Below, piece by piece: positions 36,811 to 46,884 of a stretch of 63,203 nt of DNA. The notes below the pieces were generated by a model. The model did no database searches and was not told the origin of the DNA. It saw only the letters and a program-made list of their open reading frames with translations. The translations under genes were made by a program, and so were the position numbers. The DNA lies in the IMG/VR virus record IMGVR_UViG_3300036781_000090, positions 1 to 63,203 of that record. The stretch is one strand, 5' to 3'. How positions within the stretch are numbered: position 1 is the stretch's first letter; each line of letters begins with the position of its first letter. This DNA is from a virus. Its lineage: Duplodnaviria > Caudoviricetes.

Positions 36811-37446
36811 ATGGGCCGTCCCCGCAATCCGCCGACTGAACCTGAAGAAATCTTGCTTGAACAGCATGGTTTCGGTGATCTTCCCGAAGTGTTTGCCATG
36901 CGCGCCGATGATAATTCGATCATTCAGGAGCATGAACCTTGCTATGAATGCACTGCCGATGGTTTTTACGGCAAGGGTATTGATGGCACCTATTATCCTG
37001 AAGGGTCTATCATCGTAACCTCAGAAACTCCGAATGATTACATGAAGCCACTCAATAAGGCTTCTGGTTTGAGGTTCGTTCAGTGGATGCAATCTCTCCC
37101 ACAAAATCGCGCTCAGATCGATATTGGCGATATGTCGGAAGCGGCCCAAATGCTGGCCAAAGACCCGAATGTTACGGCGCTGGCCCCGCTCGAATATCAG
37201 AAAGCTCTTATCAAGCTTTGTGAAGAACTGAAAATCCGTCGCAATGGTGGCGTGGCCCCACAGGCTCCGCACATTCAGCATAACTTTACTCCTCAGTCTG
37301 GTGGCAATGCGCCTCCGATCTTGGGTGCCAAGGTGGCTGATTTGAGTCAGCGTGCTCCGGGCTCAACGAATGCCAAAACAACTATTCCGCATGGCCATGT
37401 TCAGTCGGCTCGACTAGCGGCTTTGGGTGGAATGCCTCCTCGCTAA
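36811..37446 (+). CDS. Hypothetical head-module protein
   Basis: AAGGA RBS; position. Confidence 0.65.
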   Translation: MGRPRNPPTEPEEILLEQHGFGDLPEVFAMRADDNSIIQEHEPCYECTADGFYGKGIDGTYYPEGSIIVTSETPNDYMKPLNKASGLRFVQWMQSLPQNRAQIDIGDMSEAAQMLAKDPNVTALAPLEYQKALIKLCEELKIRRNGGVAPQAPHIQHNFTPQSGGNAPPILGAKVADLSQRAPGSTNAKTTIPHGHVQSARLAALGGMPPR

Positions 37447-37473
37447 CAAGGGACGCCGAAGGGCGGTCAGATT

Positions 37474-38757
37474 ATGAAAATCTCTAAGTTTAAGATTGCT
37501 ATTCTGGCTGCTTTCGCTGCCGCAGCGGCAATGACCATGGGCCCTGTCCAGCGCACTGTTGCGCAGGGCATGGTCCAGCTCTTTACGTTGACCGGCACTG
37601 AGCAGATTTCGCTCAATTATCCCTGCACCGTATCGTGTTTTATTACGACCAACACACTGGCTGGGTACTCCCGTCAAAGTGCAGGCGGGGCCGGGTTTGT
37701 AAATTCCCTGATTGGTACGGACTACGGTCTTAACCCGTTCCAGCGCGGCACGACCAATGCTGCTGGCGTCCATATCTCTAATACTGCATCTTACACAGCC
37801 GATCAGACTTGGATGGTTGGCGGAGCTTCGTCGTCTATCGACTGGTCACAACAGACTGCGGCGGCAGATAGCCCGCCTAGGTTCGGTGGCTCGTTGCGTA
37901 TGCAGCGCACTGCGGCCAATACCGATACAGCTCCGGTTTGCTGGGGTCATACGCTCTCATCGGCTGAAACTTGGCGCTTTCAGAACCATACCGCGTTCTA
38001 CGAGGTATGGACCCTTAAGGGCGCTAACTATTCTGGCGGTGCGGTAACAGCAACGCTGGCTTATAGCACTGGTACGGATCAATCGACCGCTAACTTTGTA
38101 GCGGGAACTTGGACCGCGCAGGCGAACGCTTCGCCTGCAACGATTGTTCTTACCAATGGTTCAAGCGGCGCTTCCCCCACTACATTTACGCCAACTACAA
38201 CTTGGGCGCGTTCGGCTATCGCGTTTACCATTCCTGCGATGATTTCTACTTCGGACGTAACCCAGATCGGTATCAAGCTTTGTTGGACGCCATCTGGTAC
38301 GGCTGGCGCGAATGATTGGATCGAATTTACTGGCGAACAGCTTGAGGTAAACGATACTGGGACCCCCAGTTCTTACGATCATACTCCGAAGTCGGTAACG
38401 ACCGTTCGTGCTCAGAAGTTCTTGCAGTCCATTGCCGAGCCCGCTGCGGGTATCGGTGTAGGCATTGGTTCTTCGGCCTCTACCACGACTTGCTCCGTAA
38501 CCATTCCGCTCCAGAACGTCATGCGGATTGCGCCTACGCTGTCGTTCATCGGGACGGCCCTGAGTACGTCAACTTGGACTGTTACGCACGTAGTCACGGC
38601 TACAGCCCTTGCTACGCCGTTCCTTGCGGCTAATACGGGTCAGACAACCTTGGCCATCAATCTAACGGCCACTACGGCTGCGCTGACGGCAGGTCAAGCC
38701 TGCATCCTGACGGGTGCCGGTGGCGGCTCAAAGATTCTCGCATCATCGGAACTGTAA
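37474..38757 (+). CDS. Fibre/decoration protein with signal peptide and carbohydrate-binding-like domain
   Basis: FQRGT…YTAD.W…QLE…MRIAPT fibre-type domain; hydrophobic N-terminus. Confidence 0.7.
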   Translation: MKISKFKIAILAAFAAAAAMTMGPVQRTVAQGMVQLFTLTGTEQISLNYPCTVSCFITTNTLAGYSRQSAGGAGFVNSLIGTDYGLNPFQRGTTNAAGVHISNTASYTADQTWMVGGASSSIDWSQQTAAADSPPRFGGSLRMQRTAANTDTAPVCWGHTLSSAETWRFQNHTAFYEVWTLKGANYSGGAVTATLAYSTGTDQSTANFVAGTWTAQANASPATIVLTNGSSGASPTTFTPTTTWARSAIAFTIPAMISTSDVTQIGIKLCWTPSGTAGANDWIEFTGEQLEVNDTGTPSSYDHTPKSVTTVRAQKFLQSIAEPAAGIGVGIGSSASTTTCSVTIPLQNVMRIAPTLSFIGTALSTSTWTVTHVVTATALATPFLAANTGQTTLAINLTATTAALTAGQACILTGAGGGSKILASSEL

Positions 38758-39065
38758 TGCGATGGCTGATCGCCATATCCATGTTGTGTTTTGCGCTTCC
38801 TGCTGAGGCGCAAAACATTACTGGTTTGGTGGTTTCGTCTTGTGGCGTAGTCCCTAGCCAATTCAAAGCGGGTAATCCCGGATCATTCACCGTCGATACA
38901 ACGGGAGCCTTATGTATGGGCTCTGGCGGGTCAGTAGTGGCTGGCCCCGTAAATGGGGTGGCTACTTCTACCGGACTAGTCGTTAGCACCTGCGGAAATC
39001 AGACATTCAAAGCAGGTAATCCAGGTCCTTATACGGTTGATCCTAACGGGAATATCTGCAAATGA
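38757..39065 (+). CDS. Small secreted protein with two Cys-bounded repeats
   Basis: Signal peptide; GLVVS.CG…FKAGNPG..TVD..G..C x2. Confidence 0.7.
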   Translation: MRWLIAISMLCFALPAEAQNITGLVVSSCGVVPSQFKAGNPGSFTVDTTGALCMGSGGSVVAGPVNGVATSTGLVVSTCGNQTFKAGNPGPYTVDPNGNICK

Positions 39066-40009
39066 AGATCAAGATAGCCGCAGTTATTTTCTTCTGTCTG
39101 TTGCCATTTTCCGCCATGGCTCAGAATACAACCGGCCTTGTCGTTGCTGCGTGCGGCACTGTTTCTAGCGCATTCAAAGTAGGCAATCCCGGACCCTTCA
39201 CAGTTGATACTACGGGAAAACTTTGCACGGCTACATCAGGTGGAGGCGGGACTCCCGGTTCTCCAGTTAGCTCGCTTCAATACAATAATGCCGGTGCGTT
39301 TGGCGGTGTCTCAGGATGGACCAGCAACGGTACAACCGCACTCACAGGAGGAGCGTCAACAACGTTAGCTATCGGGGGGGCCACTATCGGCTCTAATGCT
39401 CTTGCCGTGACTGGTGCGGCCAATGTGAGTGGGAATGTTACGATAGGTGCTGGCTCTGCTATTACTTCTAGTGGTCCCGGTGGCGCTTTGGCTACTCCAG
39501 CATTTGCAGCGTTCGGCACAGCAGCAGGAACGGTTGCGCAGGGCGGTGTAATTACTGCCGGTGGGCCTACAGGATCGGCTACGGTCGTCCCTATTATTAC
39601 CTACAACGCGGCTGGCCAGCTTACAGCCGTAACTACAGCGACTGTTGCTAGCGCGGTAACATCAAAGGTCATTAACTCGACTTACGATCTAACGACCGCT
39701 TCCGGTACGCAGACAATAACATTCGCCTTTCCCCCATCCTCTTGCAACGTTTATGGGACAGTTGGTGGTGTAACAAACCAATACACGGTCTATAATGGGC
39801 AGATCGATAGTTCCGGTACGCAGTCTACGATGTATGCCCAAACAAACATAACGTACATCACCGGGTTCTTATTCAATGTTGTTGATGTAACCGGCAGCAA
39901 TTTTCAGAGCGGTGTTGGTTCCTTTAGCGGTAATTCCCTGATTATAACTTGGACTAAGGGCGGGATACCAACAGGTACATTCAACCAAAGCATCAAGTGC
40001 TTTAAGTGA
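39062..40009 (+). CDS. Fibre-like protein with signal peptide
   Basis: Same Cys repeat once, then QYNNAGAFGG fibre motif. Confidence 0.7.
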   Translation: MKIKIAAVIFFCLLPFSAMAQNTTGLVVAACGTVSSAFKVGNPGPFTVDTTGKLCTATSGGGGTPGSPVSSLQYNNAGAFGGVSGWTSNGTTALTGGASTTLAIGGATIGSNALAVTGAANVSGNVTIGAGSAITSSGPGGALATPAFAAFGTAAGTVAQGGVITAGGPTGSATVVPIITYNAAGQLTAVTTATVASAVTSKVINSTYDLTTASGTQTITFAFPPSSCNVYGTVGGVTNQYTVYNGQIDSSGTQSTMYAQTNITYITGFLFNVVDVTGSNFQSGVGSFSGNSLIITWTKGGIPTGTFNQSIKCFK

Positions 40010-40016
40010 GGTTACA

Positions 40017-40172
40017 ATGCCTCCCGTAAGCGAGAAACAGCGCGCTTGGGCATGGGCCAACAAGGATAAAAAGACCAAAGAAGGCCGCGCTGCAAAGGAA
40101 TTTGCCGAAGCAGATAAAGGTGGTAAGTTACCTGAGAAGAAAAGCCGTTCTAGCAAATGGTACGGAAAATGA
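40017..40172 (+). CDS. Small basic protein (51 aa, missed by track)
   Basis: GAGG RBS; MPPVSEKQRAW…KEFAEADKGGKLPEK…KWYGK. Confidence 0.65.
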   Translation: MPPVSEKQRAWAWANKDKKTKEGRAAKEFAEADKGGKLPEKKSRSSKWYGK

Positions 40173-40387
40173 AATCTCGTAAATGGATTCAGGGCGCGAT
40201 TAAGCCTGAGAACAAAGGAAAGTTCAAAGCTAAGGCAGAAGCCGCAGGCAAGACCACGCGCGAGTTTTCTGAAGAAAAGTCTAGCGCCCCCGGCAAGATT
40301 GGTCGTCAAGCGCGATTAGCGGAAACTTTGATGGGAATGCATAAGAAATCGCGCAATGCGCGCTGGTACGGCGACAAAAAGGACTGA
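40169..40387 (+). CDS. Small basic protein
   Basis: KWIQGAIK…ARLAETL…RWYG. Confidence 0.7.
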   Translation: MKSRKWIQGAIKPENKGKFKAKAEAAGKTTREFSEEKSSAPGKIGRQARLAETLMGMHKKSRNARWYGDKKD

Positions 40388-40390
40388 GAA

Positions 40391-40756
40391 ATGGCTGAAA
40401 TGACCGAACGCAAACGCGACTGGTACGGAAAGTCGGGCAAGAAGTCTGAAAAGAAGGGTGATAAAAAGCCTGAGAAAAAGGCAGAGTCCAAATCCGACAA
40501 AAAGGAAGAGGACAAAAAAGAGGAAACCATGGCCGAGCGCCACGCGCGCGAGCGTATGGATGCCCACGGTCGCCACTCCGATTCACGCGAAAGCATGATG
40601 AAGTCGCATGAGGACGAGCTTGCAGAAATGGCCGAGCGTCATGCTTCGGAAATGACCGCGCAGAACGGCGAGGCTGGCGGCACTGCTGCGCCTCCGGGTT
40701 CTGAGGCCGGTCCTATGCCTGGTGCAATGGCTCCATCGCCGCAAGCTGCCGCATAA
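40391..40756 (+). CDS. Charged low-complexity protein
   Basis: Head-module position; RH..E repeats. Confidence 0.6.
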   Translation: MAEMTERKRDWYGKSGKKSEKKGDKKPEKKAESKSDKKEEDKKEETMAERHARERMDAHGRHSDSRESMMKSHEDELAEMAERHASEMTAQNGEAGGTAAPPGSEAGPMPGAMAPSPQAAA

Positions 40757-40767
40757 GGATCGGTAAA

Positions 40768-41142
40768 ATGCTGAGCATGAAAGATATGGCGCGCAGCCCC
40801 GAAGACCTTAAAAAGGACCGGGATATCCCCATGCCGGTAGCGGCTAAGGCTATTGGCCCTGCCTATCCTTGGGGTCTTTCTTTGTGCCTCAATGACGAAA
40901 GCCTTGATAAGCTTGGCATTGACGGTGATCTGCCTGACGTTGGCGATGTAATTCATATCGCCGCCTTGTGCCGTGTTACTTGTGCTTCTGAGACGGAGAA
41001 CGCCACGGAGGATGGTGGAAAAGAAACCTGCCGTAGGATTGAATTGCAGGTAACTCATATGGCTGCGGAAGACGAAGACAGGGAAACCGAATCGCGTGGG
41101 AAGCGTTGGTATCAGCCCGAGGCTGAACCAAATGGAGAGTGA
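40768..41142 (+). CDS. Capsid staple-like small head protein
   Basis: YPWGL.L.L..ESL.KLG…LP.VG…V…ELQ.T.M. Confidence 0.7.
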   Translation: MLSMKDMARSPEDLKKDRDIPMPVAAKAIGPAYPWGLSLCLNDESLDKLGIDGDLPDVGDVIHIAALCRVTCASETENATEDGGKETCRRIELQVTHMAAEDEDRETESRGKRWYQPEAEPNGE

Positions 41143-41143
41143 A

Positions 41144-41809
41144 ATGCAGACGCAGACCAATTCCCCGAAGACGGTTAAAGAATCTCCTAAAATTCAGGAA
41201 GACCGCACGGTAAAGCCGGATATTCGCTATTACCAGCTTACGACCAAGGCAGAAGTTAACGGAATCCTGCTTGAGCCCGGCTCCAGATTCACGTTGCCTG
41301 CCGGTGTAAAAGGACCGCATAGAACGGTCGTTGCCGGAACTCATGGTGCCAATATCGTGGGTAACAGCGAGCTATTGGATGTCCCGCTTTATGTGGAGCT
41401 GGACCCTGAGATTGAGCGCGAACGTGACGAAATGCGCGAGCGTCATCAGCAAGAACTAAACGAGCTTGATCCTGAATTGAAGCGTGAAGAATTGTTGGCG
41501 AAACAACGTGAGGAAAGCCGCGATCTTAGTCTACGAGCGCAGACACGTGAAATCCAAATTCGTCAGGATAAGGAAAAGCAGGAAATCGAGGCCCGTCATG
41601 AGGCTGAACGGCAGGCGTTCGCTAACCGCGCTCAAAACAATCCCCAGCGTGGTCCAGCGCCACCGCGCGAACTGACTGAGGAAGAACTGGTTGCCCGTCA
41701 CAAGGCCGAAAACGAGGCTTTGGAAGCGCGGCAAAAGACTGAACGCGACAATCTGGAAGCGCAGAAAGCCGCTACCAATCAAGCGGAACCTGGTGTATCG
41801 TCGGAGTAG
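41144..41809 (+). CDS. Coiled-coil protein
   Basis: RH..E / RQ..E helical repeats. Confidence 0.6.
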   Translation: MQTQTNSPKTVKESPKIQEDRTVKPDIRYYQLTTKAEVNGILLEPGSRFTLPAGVKGPHRTVVAGTHGANIVGNSELLDVPLYVELDPEIERERDEMRERHQQELNELDPELKREELLAKQREESRDLSLRAQTREIQIRQDKEKQEIEARHEAERQAFANRAQNNPQRGPAPPRELTEEELVARHKAENEALEARQKTERDNLEAQKAATNQAEPGVSSE

Positions 41810-41849
41810 GTTTAACTAGCGCCCGAACTTACGGGCATAAGGATGGCCC

Positions 41850-42671
41850 GTGACAAGCCCTGTTGATTTGGTGAACATCAGTTTAGACCAGATCACGGCC
41901 AGAACGAGCGTCACAGGTATCAATCCGGCTTCGCCGCCTAACAACCTTGCGGCTCAGGTGGCGAGCCGGAATTACCAGACCCAAGTAGACGCGATATTCA
42001 GGGCGGCGCATTGGAATAGTGCGCGTCTTCAGGCGAATCTGACCCTTCTCAGGGCGCAGATTGGTACGCCAGAAAACCCGTCTGGCGCTCTGCCGGTGCC
42101 TCCGGTTGGGTTTCTCTACGAGTATCTTTGGCCAAATGATTGTTTGCAGTTCCGGTTTATCATACCGATGCCGAACCTGCCTGCGGTTGGCTCATCTCCG
42201 ATCATGACGAATGTCGGAGTAACAAACCAACCATATATCAACACGGCCATGCCTTATGTCATTGGCATCGGCTTGGACAATGATGGCAATCAAATCAAAA
42301 CCGTTCTGACAAATGCGCCGCGCGCTATTGGTGTTTATACCGGACGAATTGATAACCCAGACCTATGGGATGTTGGTCTACAGAACGCAGTAATCGGAGC
42401 ACTTAGTTCATGGATGTGCATGCCGATCACTGGGGATAAAGTCCTAATGCAGCAAAGGGTAGGGATGGCCGTGGGGCTGATCCAAGCTGCCCGTATGCAG
42501 GATGGAAACGAAGGGGTTACATCAATGGACCATGACCCAGATTTTATGAGAATCCGAAATACGGGCTCCGGTTGGGGGTGGGGTGGTTATGGCGCGGTGG
42601 GCGGATACTATGGTGCGGGGGTTATTGGCGGGTGGAGTTCGTGGGGGGCTCCAGATGGTAATGCGTACTAG
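41850..42671 (+). CDS. Head-tail adaptor (tail tubular protein A-like)
   Basis: V…N..L..I…H.WN.A…Y..P.DC; position. Confidence 0.75.
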   Translation: MTSPVDLVNISLDQITARTSVTGINPASPPNNLAAQVASRNYQTQVDAIFRAAHWNSARLQANLTLLRAQIGTPENPSGALPVPPVGFLYEYLWPNDCLQFRFIIPMPNLPAVGSSPIMTNVGVTNQPYINTAMPYVIGIGLDNDGNQIKTVLTNAPRAIGVYTGRIDNPDLWDVGLQNAVIGALSSWMCMPITGDKVLMQQRVGMAVGLIQAARMQDGNEGVTSMDHDPDFMRIRNTGSGWGWGGYGAVGGYYGAGVIGGWSSWGAPDGNAY

Positions 42672-43375
42672 GCCATGTTAATCTCTTCCATGAAGGCTTT
42701 ACCATCGCGGGTACCTTTCTTGGAGTTACACAGCTTGCAAGCTGGAACGATATTGCTGGCGGCGTTTGAGCCACCGCGAGCAAGGGCTACAAAATGATCC
42801 CTAGTTATCGGATTTCCTTTTTTACCATGGCTACCGCAGTATTTACATTTCCCATCATGCGCAGCCAGTATCGCGCGCCACTCTTCGTTGGTATGATGTT
42901 CGGACAGGCCGAGAAGCCGGGCGCGTCTGCGCGCCGCGTGCACAACTCCCAACTCTTTAGTACGATCAGGGTTATCTGCCTTCCATTTTTTTATCCTGTT
43001 CCTTTCCCTTTCAGGGTTTTTCTCTCTAATTTTTCTCGATCTTTCTCTGCATCTTTCTGGGTTATTTTTAGCCCACAGCGCGGACCGAATTTTGGAGTCT
43101 TCTGGGTTTCTTGCGTAAGCTTCCTTACGTTTCTTTCGTTGCTCCACAATATTGTTATGGTAATATTCTTTTGCTTTGAGCCTCGATCTATCTCGGTTGG
43201 CTGCGCCCCAAGAACGCGCTTTCTCAGCAGCCATTGCCCTTTCCTCTGGAGTGAACTGTTTTCTTGCCCATCTGGCTCTGGCCAATTCATTGTTGCGAAG
43301 ACGTTGCTTTTCATTAAGTTTACCTTTGCGGGGCATGCAGAATCTCTTTTCCAAAAAACCTCTATAAGAGAACAT
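42668..43375 (-). CDS. Free-standing HNH endonuclease, antisense within the tail operon
   Basis: Basic helical repeats, then EW..IL…CKYCG…T.DH..L..GG…SNIVPAC..CN..KG. Confidence 0.9.
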   Translation of the reverse strand: MFSYRGFLEKRFCMPRKGKLNEKQRLRNNELARARWARKQFTPEERAMAAEKARSWGAANRDRSRLKAKEYYHNNIVEQRKKRKEAYARNPEDSKIRSALWAKNNPERCRERSRKIREKNPERERNRIKKWKADNPDRTKELGVVHAARRRARLLGLSEHHTNEEWRAILAAHDGKCKYCGSHGKKGNPITRDHFVALARGGSNAASNIVPACKLCNSKKGTRDGKAFMEEINMA

Positions 43376-43401
43376 AAGGATTTTCTGGAAGTGGTCAAGT
43401 C

Positions 43402-46400
43402 ATGACTGGGCCTATCAGTTTAATCCGACCCTCATTTGCGGCGGGAGAACTATCACCCAGTCTCTTTGGAAGAGTTGATCTTAGTTCATTCCAGATAGGG
43501 TCTTCTGTTCAAAGGAATGTCTTTGTTAATTATCGTGGCCCTGCGTCCTCTCGTGCAGGTACTGCCTTTGTATGCCAATCTTTGACGCCAGCGACAGAAT
43601 CGTCCTTGGCACCAAGGCTGGTAAAATTTCAGTTTTCGGTGTCCCAGTCTTATATCCTTGAGTTCGGGCAAGACGTTAATGGCCGATCCTACATGCGAGT
43701 CATCGCAAATGGCGCGGCTGTTACCGAGACGCCTATTGCTATCAGTGCGATTACTCAGGCCAACCCCGCAAACATAACCGCTCCGGGAAGCGCGTTCAGC
43801 GCAAACGATTGGGTGTTTGTATCTGACGTTGGAGGAATGACTGAGCTTAATTCTCGATCATTTGAAGTTCGCAATGTCGTTGGTGATGGGTTTAATATAT
43901 ACGATACATTTGGAAACCCGGTAAACTCAATTCTATTCGATGCTTATACATCTGGGGGGACGGTTGCGAGAATTTACACGAACTATAATCCGCCATATGC
44001 CCTTGCGGACCTTCCTTACCTGAAGGTTGTTCAATCAGCCGATGTCATGACGTTGTGCTGTGTCAATCAGGAAACCGGATCAGAATATCCACCAATTGAT
44101 CTTTCTCGATTGGCTGCGAACAATTGGCAGTTCGACGTAACGACTTTCTCATCGTCGATTGCTGCTCCAGCAAATTGCACAGCTACCACGAGTGTTACGG
44201 CCTCTCCCGCCACCCAATACGCCTATTGTGTAACGGCGGTTGATTCTGTTACTGGCGAAGAAAGCGTAGCCTCTAACGTAGCGTACATTACCAATTCAAA
44301 CAACATTGCGCTAACGGCTGGGTCGCATACTATTAGCTGGTCGCCCGTTGCCGGTGCTGCATATTACAACATATACCAAGCACCCCCGAGTTACGATACA
44401 CCGGTTCCAACTGGTTCCGTCTTTGGGTACTTGGGTCAATCTTTTGGGACTCAATTTGTAAACTCTAACATTCTCGCAGATCAGACTGTAACGCCGCCAC
44501 TGCATCTTAATCCTTTTGCGCGTGGCCAGATAATTGGCGTTAACATAACGAACCAAGGGGCCGGATATACTCAGTCCACGGTTTCTGCGACCGTTACCTC
44601 TGCTACTGGTTCTGGCGCAGTTCTTCTGCCTGTTGTTAATGGAGGTGCGGTTGTCGCCGTTATTGTCGAGAATGGGGGACAAGGATATCAATCTGGCGAT
44701 ACAGTCACTATCAATGGTCAAGGAACCGGTTCTGGCGCGACGGCAACTGCTCCAGCTACTCCGATTGTAACAGATGGTGGTACCGGCCTGTCGGCGGGCG
44801 GAAGCCTTGGACCTGTCAATCTGACTGCTGGCGGCTCTCAATATATAAGCCCCAGCGCGACGGTCCCAGCGTCCGGTGGTGGCGGCATACAAGCCACATT
44901 TTTCCCGCCCATTGTTCAGGGTGGCGTTATCACGGCAATCTATGTCGATAACCCCGGTGAGTTATATTCAGGTACACAGACACTAACTATAACGGACGTT
45001 GCTCCTGCTGGGTCTGGTGCTACGGCTACGTTACAGATAGGAGCGCAGACCGGGACTTATCCTAGTGTCCCTGCATATTTCCAATCGCGACGGGCCTACG
45101 CCAATACCTTGAACAACCCGGATACGTTGTATTTGTCGCAGACCGGGGCTTATCAGAACATGGACTCTGCTACGCCACCCATTGATAGCGATGCTATCGT
45201 TACCACTCCGTGGGGTCAGCAGGTTAATGGCATCCAATGGCTAGTTCCAATGCCGGGCGGTCTTATCGTCGCTACGGGTGCAAACGCATGGCAAATCGCG
45301 GGGGCATCGGGTGCTGGTTCTGCCTTAACTCCGTCTTCTCAAAGCGCACAGCCGCAAGAGTCAAACGGCTTCTCTCCGACCGTTCCTATCCTGAAGATCA
45401 ACTACGATCTACTTGACGTTCAATCGTTAGGGTACGTTGTTCGGGATATCCAATATAATTTCTACACGAACATCTATGCCGGTTCAGATATTTCTCTACT
45501 CTCAAATCATTTGTTTGAAGGGTTTCAGATCGTCCAATGGGCATGGGCGCAAGTCCCGTGGAAGATCATCTGGGCAACCAGAGACGATGGGAAATTCCTT
45601 TCTCTAACTTTTGATAAAGAAGAGAAACTTCAGGGTTGGGCGCGGCACGACACCAATGGTCTGGTTGTCGGTAATGAAGTCGCTACAGAGCCTCCGGTAG
45701 ATGCACCTTACTTTATCGTCAAACGATATATCATTGGATATAAAAAGTGGGCCTATTACATCGAGAGGATGGATAACCGTCTCTGGCAAGGGCCGGAAGA
45801 CCCGTGGTGCATAGATTCAGGTCTTGCTCTTACGCAACCAATGCCAGCCGCAACTCTTTCTGCGGCCTCTGCGGATGGTCCGGGAACAATTACGGGGGGG
45901 TATCTTGCTACGGGGGGATTTAGCTATACCGATCCGGTGGCTCAGATTATTGATCCGCTTGGGGACTTAGGTGGTAGTGGCGCTGTAATTACGTTCACAC
46001 AAACTGATGGCGTTGTGGATGGGTTTACCGTTGTAAGTCCGGGTTCAGGTTACTCACCTAGTACGCAAGTCAATATCATTGATAAAACTGGCGCAGGGGC
46101 TACGTTCGTTCCGTTCGTGTCTCAGAACGTATTCTTTTATACGGATAATCCGGTATTCAGCGCTGAAAATGTGGGAGACATCATTCGCGTTGGCGGCGGC
46201 GTTGCTTCAGTTACCAGCATGGTTTCAACTACGCAGGTGCAGGCGTCTATCGTTGTTCCTATCCTACAGACTATGCCAGATGATCCTTATAGGCTGCCCG
46301 TTCCTGCACCTCCTGGAATGTGGTCAATTACAACTCCGGTCAACTCTCTGACGAATCTTTATCACCTTGAAGGTATGACCGTTACTGGGCTTGCAGATGG

Positions 46401-46884
46401 CGCGGTTATAACTCCTGCCATTGTACAGAACGGCACGATAAATCTGGATACGCCAGCAAGTTCAATCAAGATTGGTTTGCCGTTCATCGCGCAGATTCAA
46501 AGCATGCCTGTAGAGGTTCAACAATTGGGCACTGTACAAGGCAAGCGTAAGGTAATTAATGGAGTTACTGTTCGTTTAGAGCGATCTAAAGGGGCGCAAG
46601 TTGGCGCTAACCAACCAGTCGCCTCTATGTTAGATTATCAGGAAGAGGTTCCGTGGACGAATCTCGGAGATTTGCCTGAAGTACCTAGGACGAATGTGCC
46701 TGATGCGCGTCTGCCACTTTTCACTGGAGACAAATATGTGAATGTGGATGACGATTGGCAATTCTGGGATGGATGGCAGTCGTCCTATGGGATGGTTTGC
46801 GTTCAACAGATACTTCCGCTTCCTTTGAACGTATTGGCGCTTGTTCCATCACTTAATATCGGAGATAGCGGTGGTGAGAAATGA
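43402..46884 (+). CDS. Tail nozzle (tail tubular protein B-like) with inserted domains
   Basis: SFAAGELSP.L.GR.D, QSADV, YPS…YFQ.R, GW.RH.T.G, LEG..V..LADG. Confidence 0.85.
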   Translation: MTGPISLIRPSFAAGELSPSLFGRVDLSSFQIGSSVQRNVFVNYRGPASSRAGTAFVCQSLTPATESSLAPRLVKFQFSVSQSYILEFGQDVNGRSYMRVIANGAAVTETPIAISAITQANPANITAPGSAFSANDWVFVSDVGGMTELNSRSFEVRNVVGDGFNIYDTFGNPVNSILFDAYTSGGTVARIYTNYNPPYALADLPYLKVVQSADVMTLCCVNQETGSEYPPIDLSRLAANNWQFDVTTFSSSIAAPANCTATTSVTASPATQYAYCVTAVDSVTGEESVASNVAYITNSNNIALTAGSHTISWSPVAGAAYYNIYQAPPSYDTPVPTGSVFGYLGQSFGTQFVNSNILADQTVTPPLHLNPFARGQIIGVNITNQGAGYTQSTVSATVTSATGSGAVLLPVVNGGAVVAVIVENGGQGYQSGDTVTINGQGTGSGATATAPATPIVTDGGTGLSAGGSLGPVNLTAGGSQYISPSATVPASGGGGIQATFFPPIVQGGVITAIYVDNPGELYSGTQTLTITDVAPAGSGATATLQIGAQTGTYPSVPAYFQSRRAYANTLNNPDTLYLSQTGAYQNMDSATPPIDSDAIVTTPWGQQVNGIQWLVPMPGGLIVATGANAWQIAGASGAGSALTPSSQSAQPQESNGFSPTVPILKINYDLLDVQSLGYVVRDIQYNFYTNIYAGSDISLLSNHLFEGFQIVQWAWAQVPWKIIWATRDDGKFLSLTFDKEEKLQGWARHDTNGLVVGNEVATEPPVDAPYFIVKRYIIGYKKWAYYIERMDNRLWQGPEDPWCIDSGLALTQPMPAATLSAASADGPGTITGGYLATGGFSYTDPVAQIIDPLGDLGGSGAVITFTQTDGVVDGFTVVSPGSGYSPSTQVNIIDKTGAGATFVPFVSQNVFFYTDNPVFSAENVGDIIRVGGGVASVTSMVSTTQVQASIVVPILQTMPDDPYRLPVPAPPGMWSITTPVNSLTNLYHLEGMTVTGLADGAVITPAIVQNGTINLDTPASSIKIGLPFIAQIQSMPVEVQQLGTVQGKRKVINGVTVRLERSKGAQVGANQPVASMLDYQEEVPWTNLGDLPEVPRTNVPDARLPLFTGDKYVNVDDDWQFWDGWQSSYGMVCVQQILPLPLNVLALVPSLNIGDSGGEK

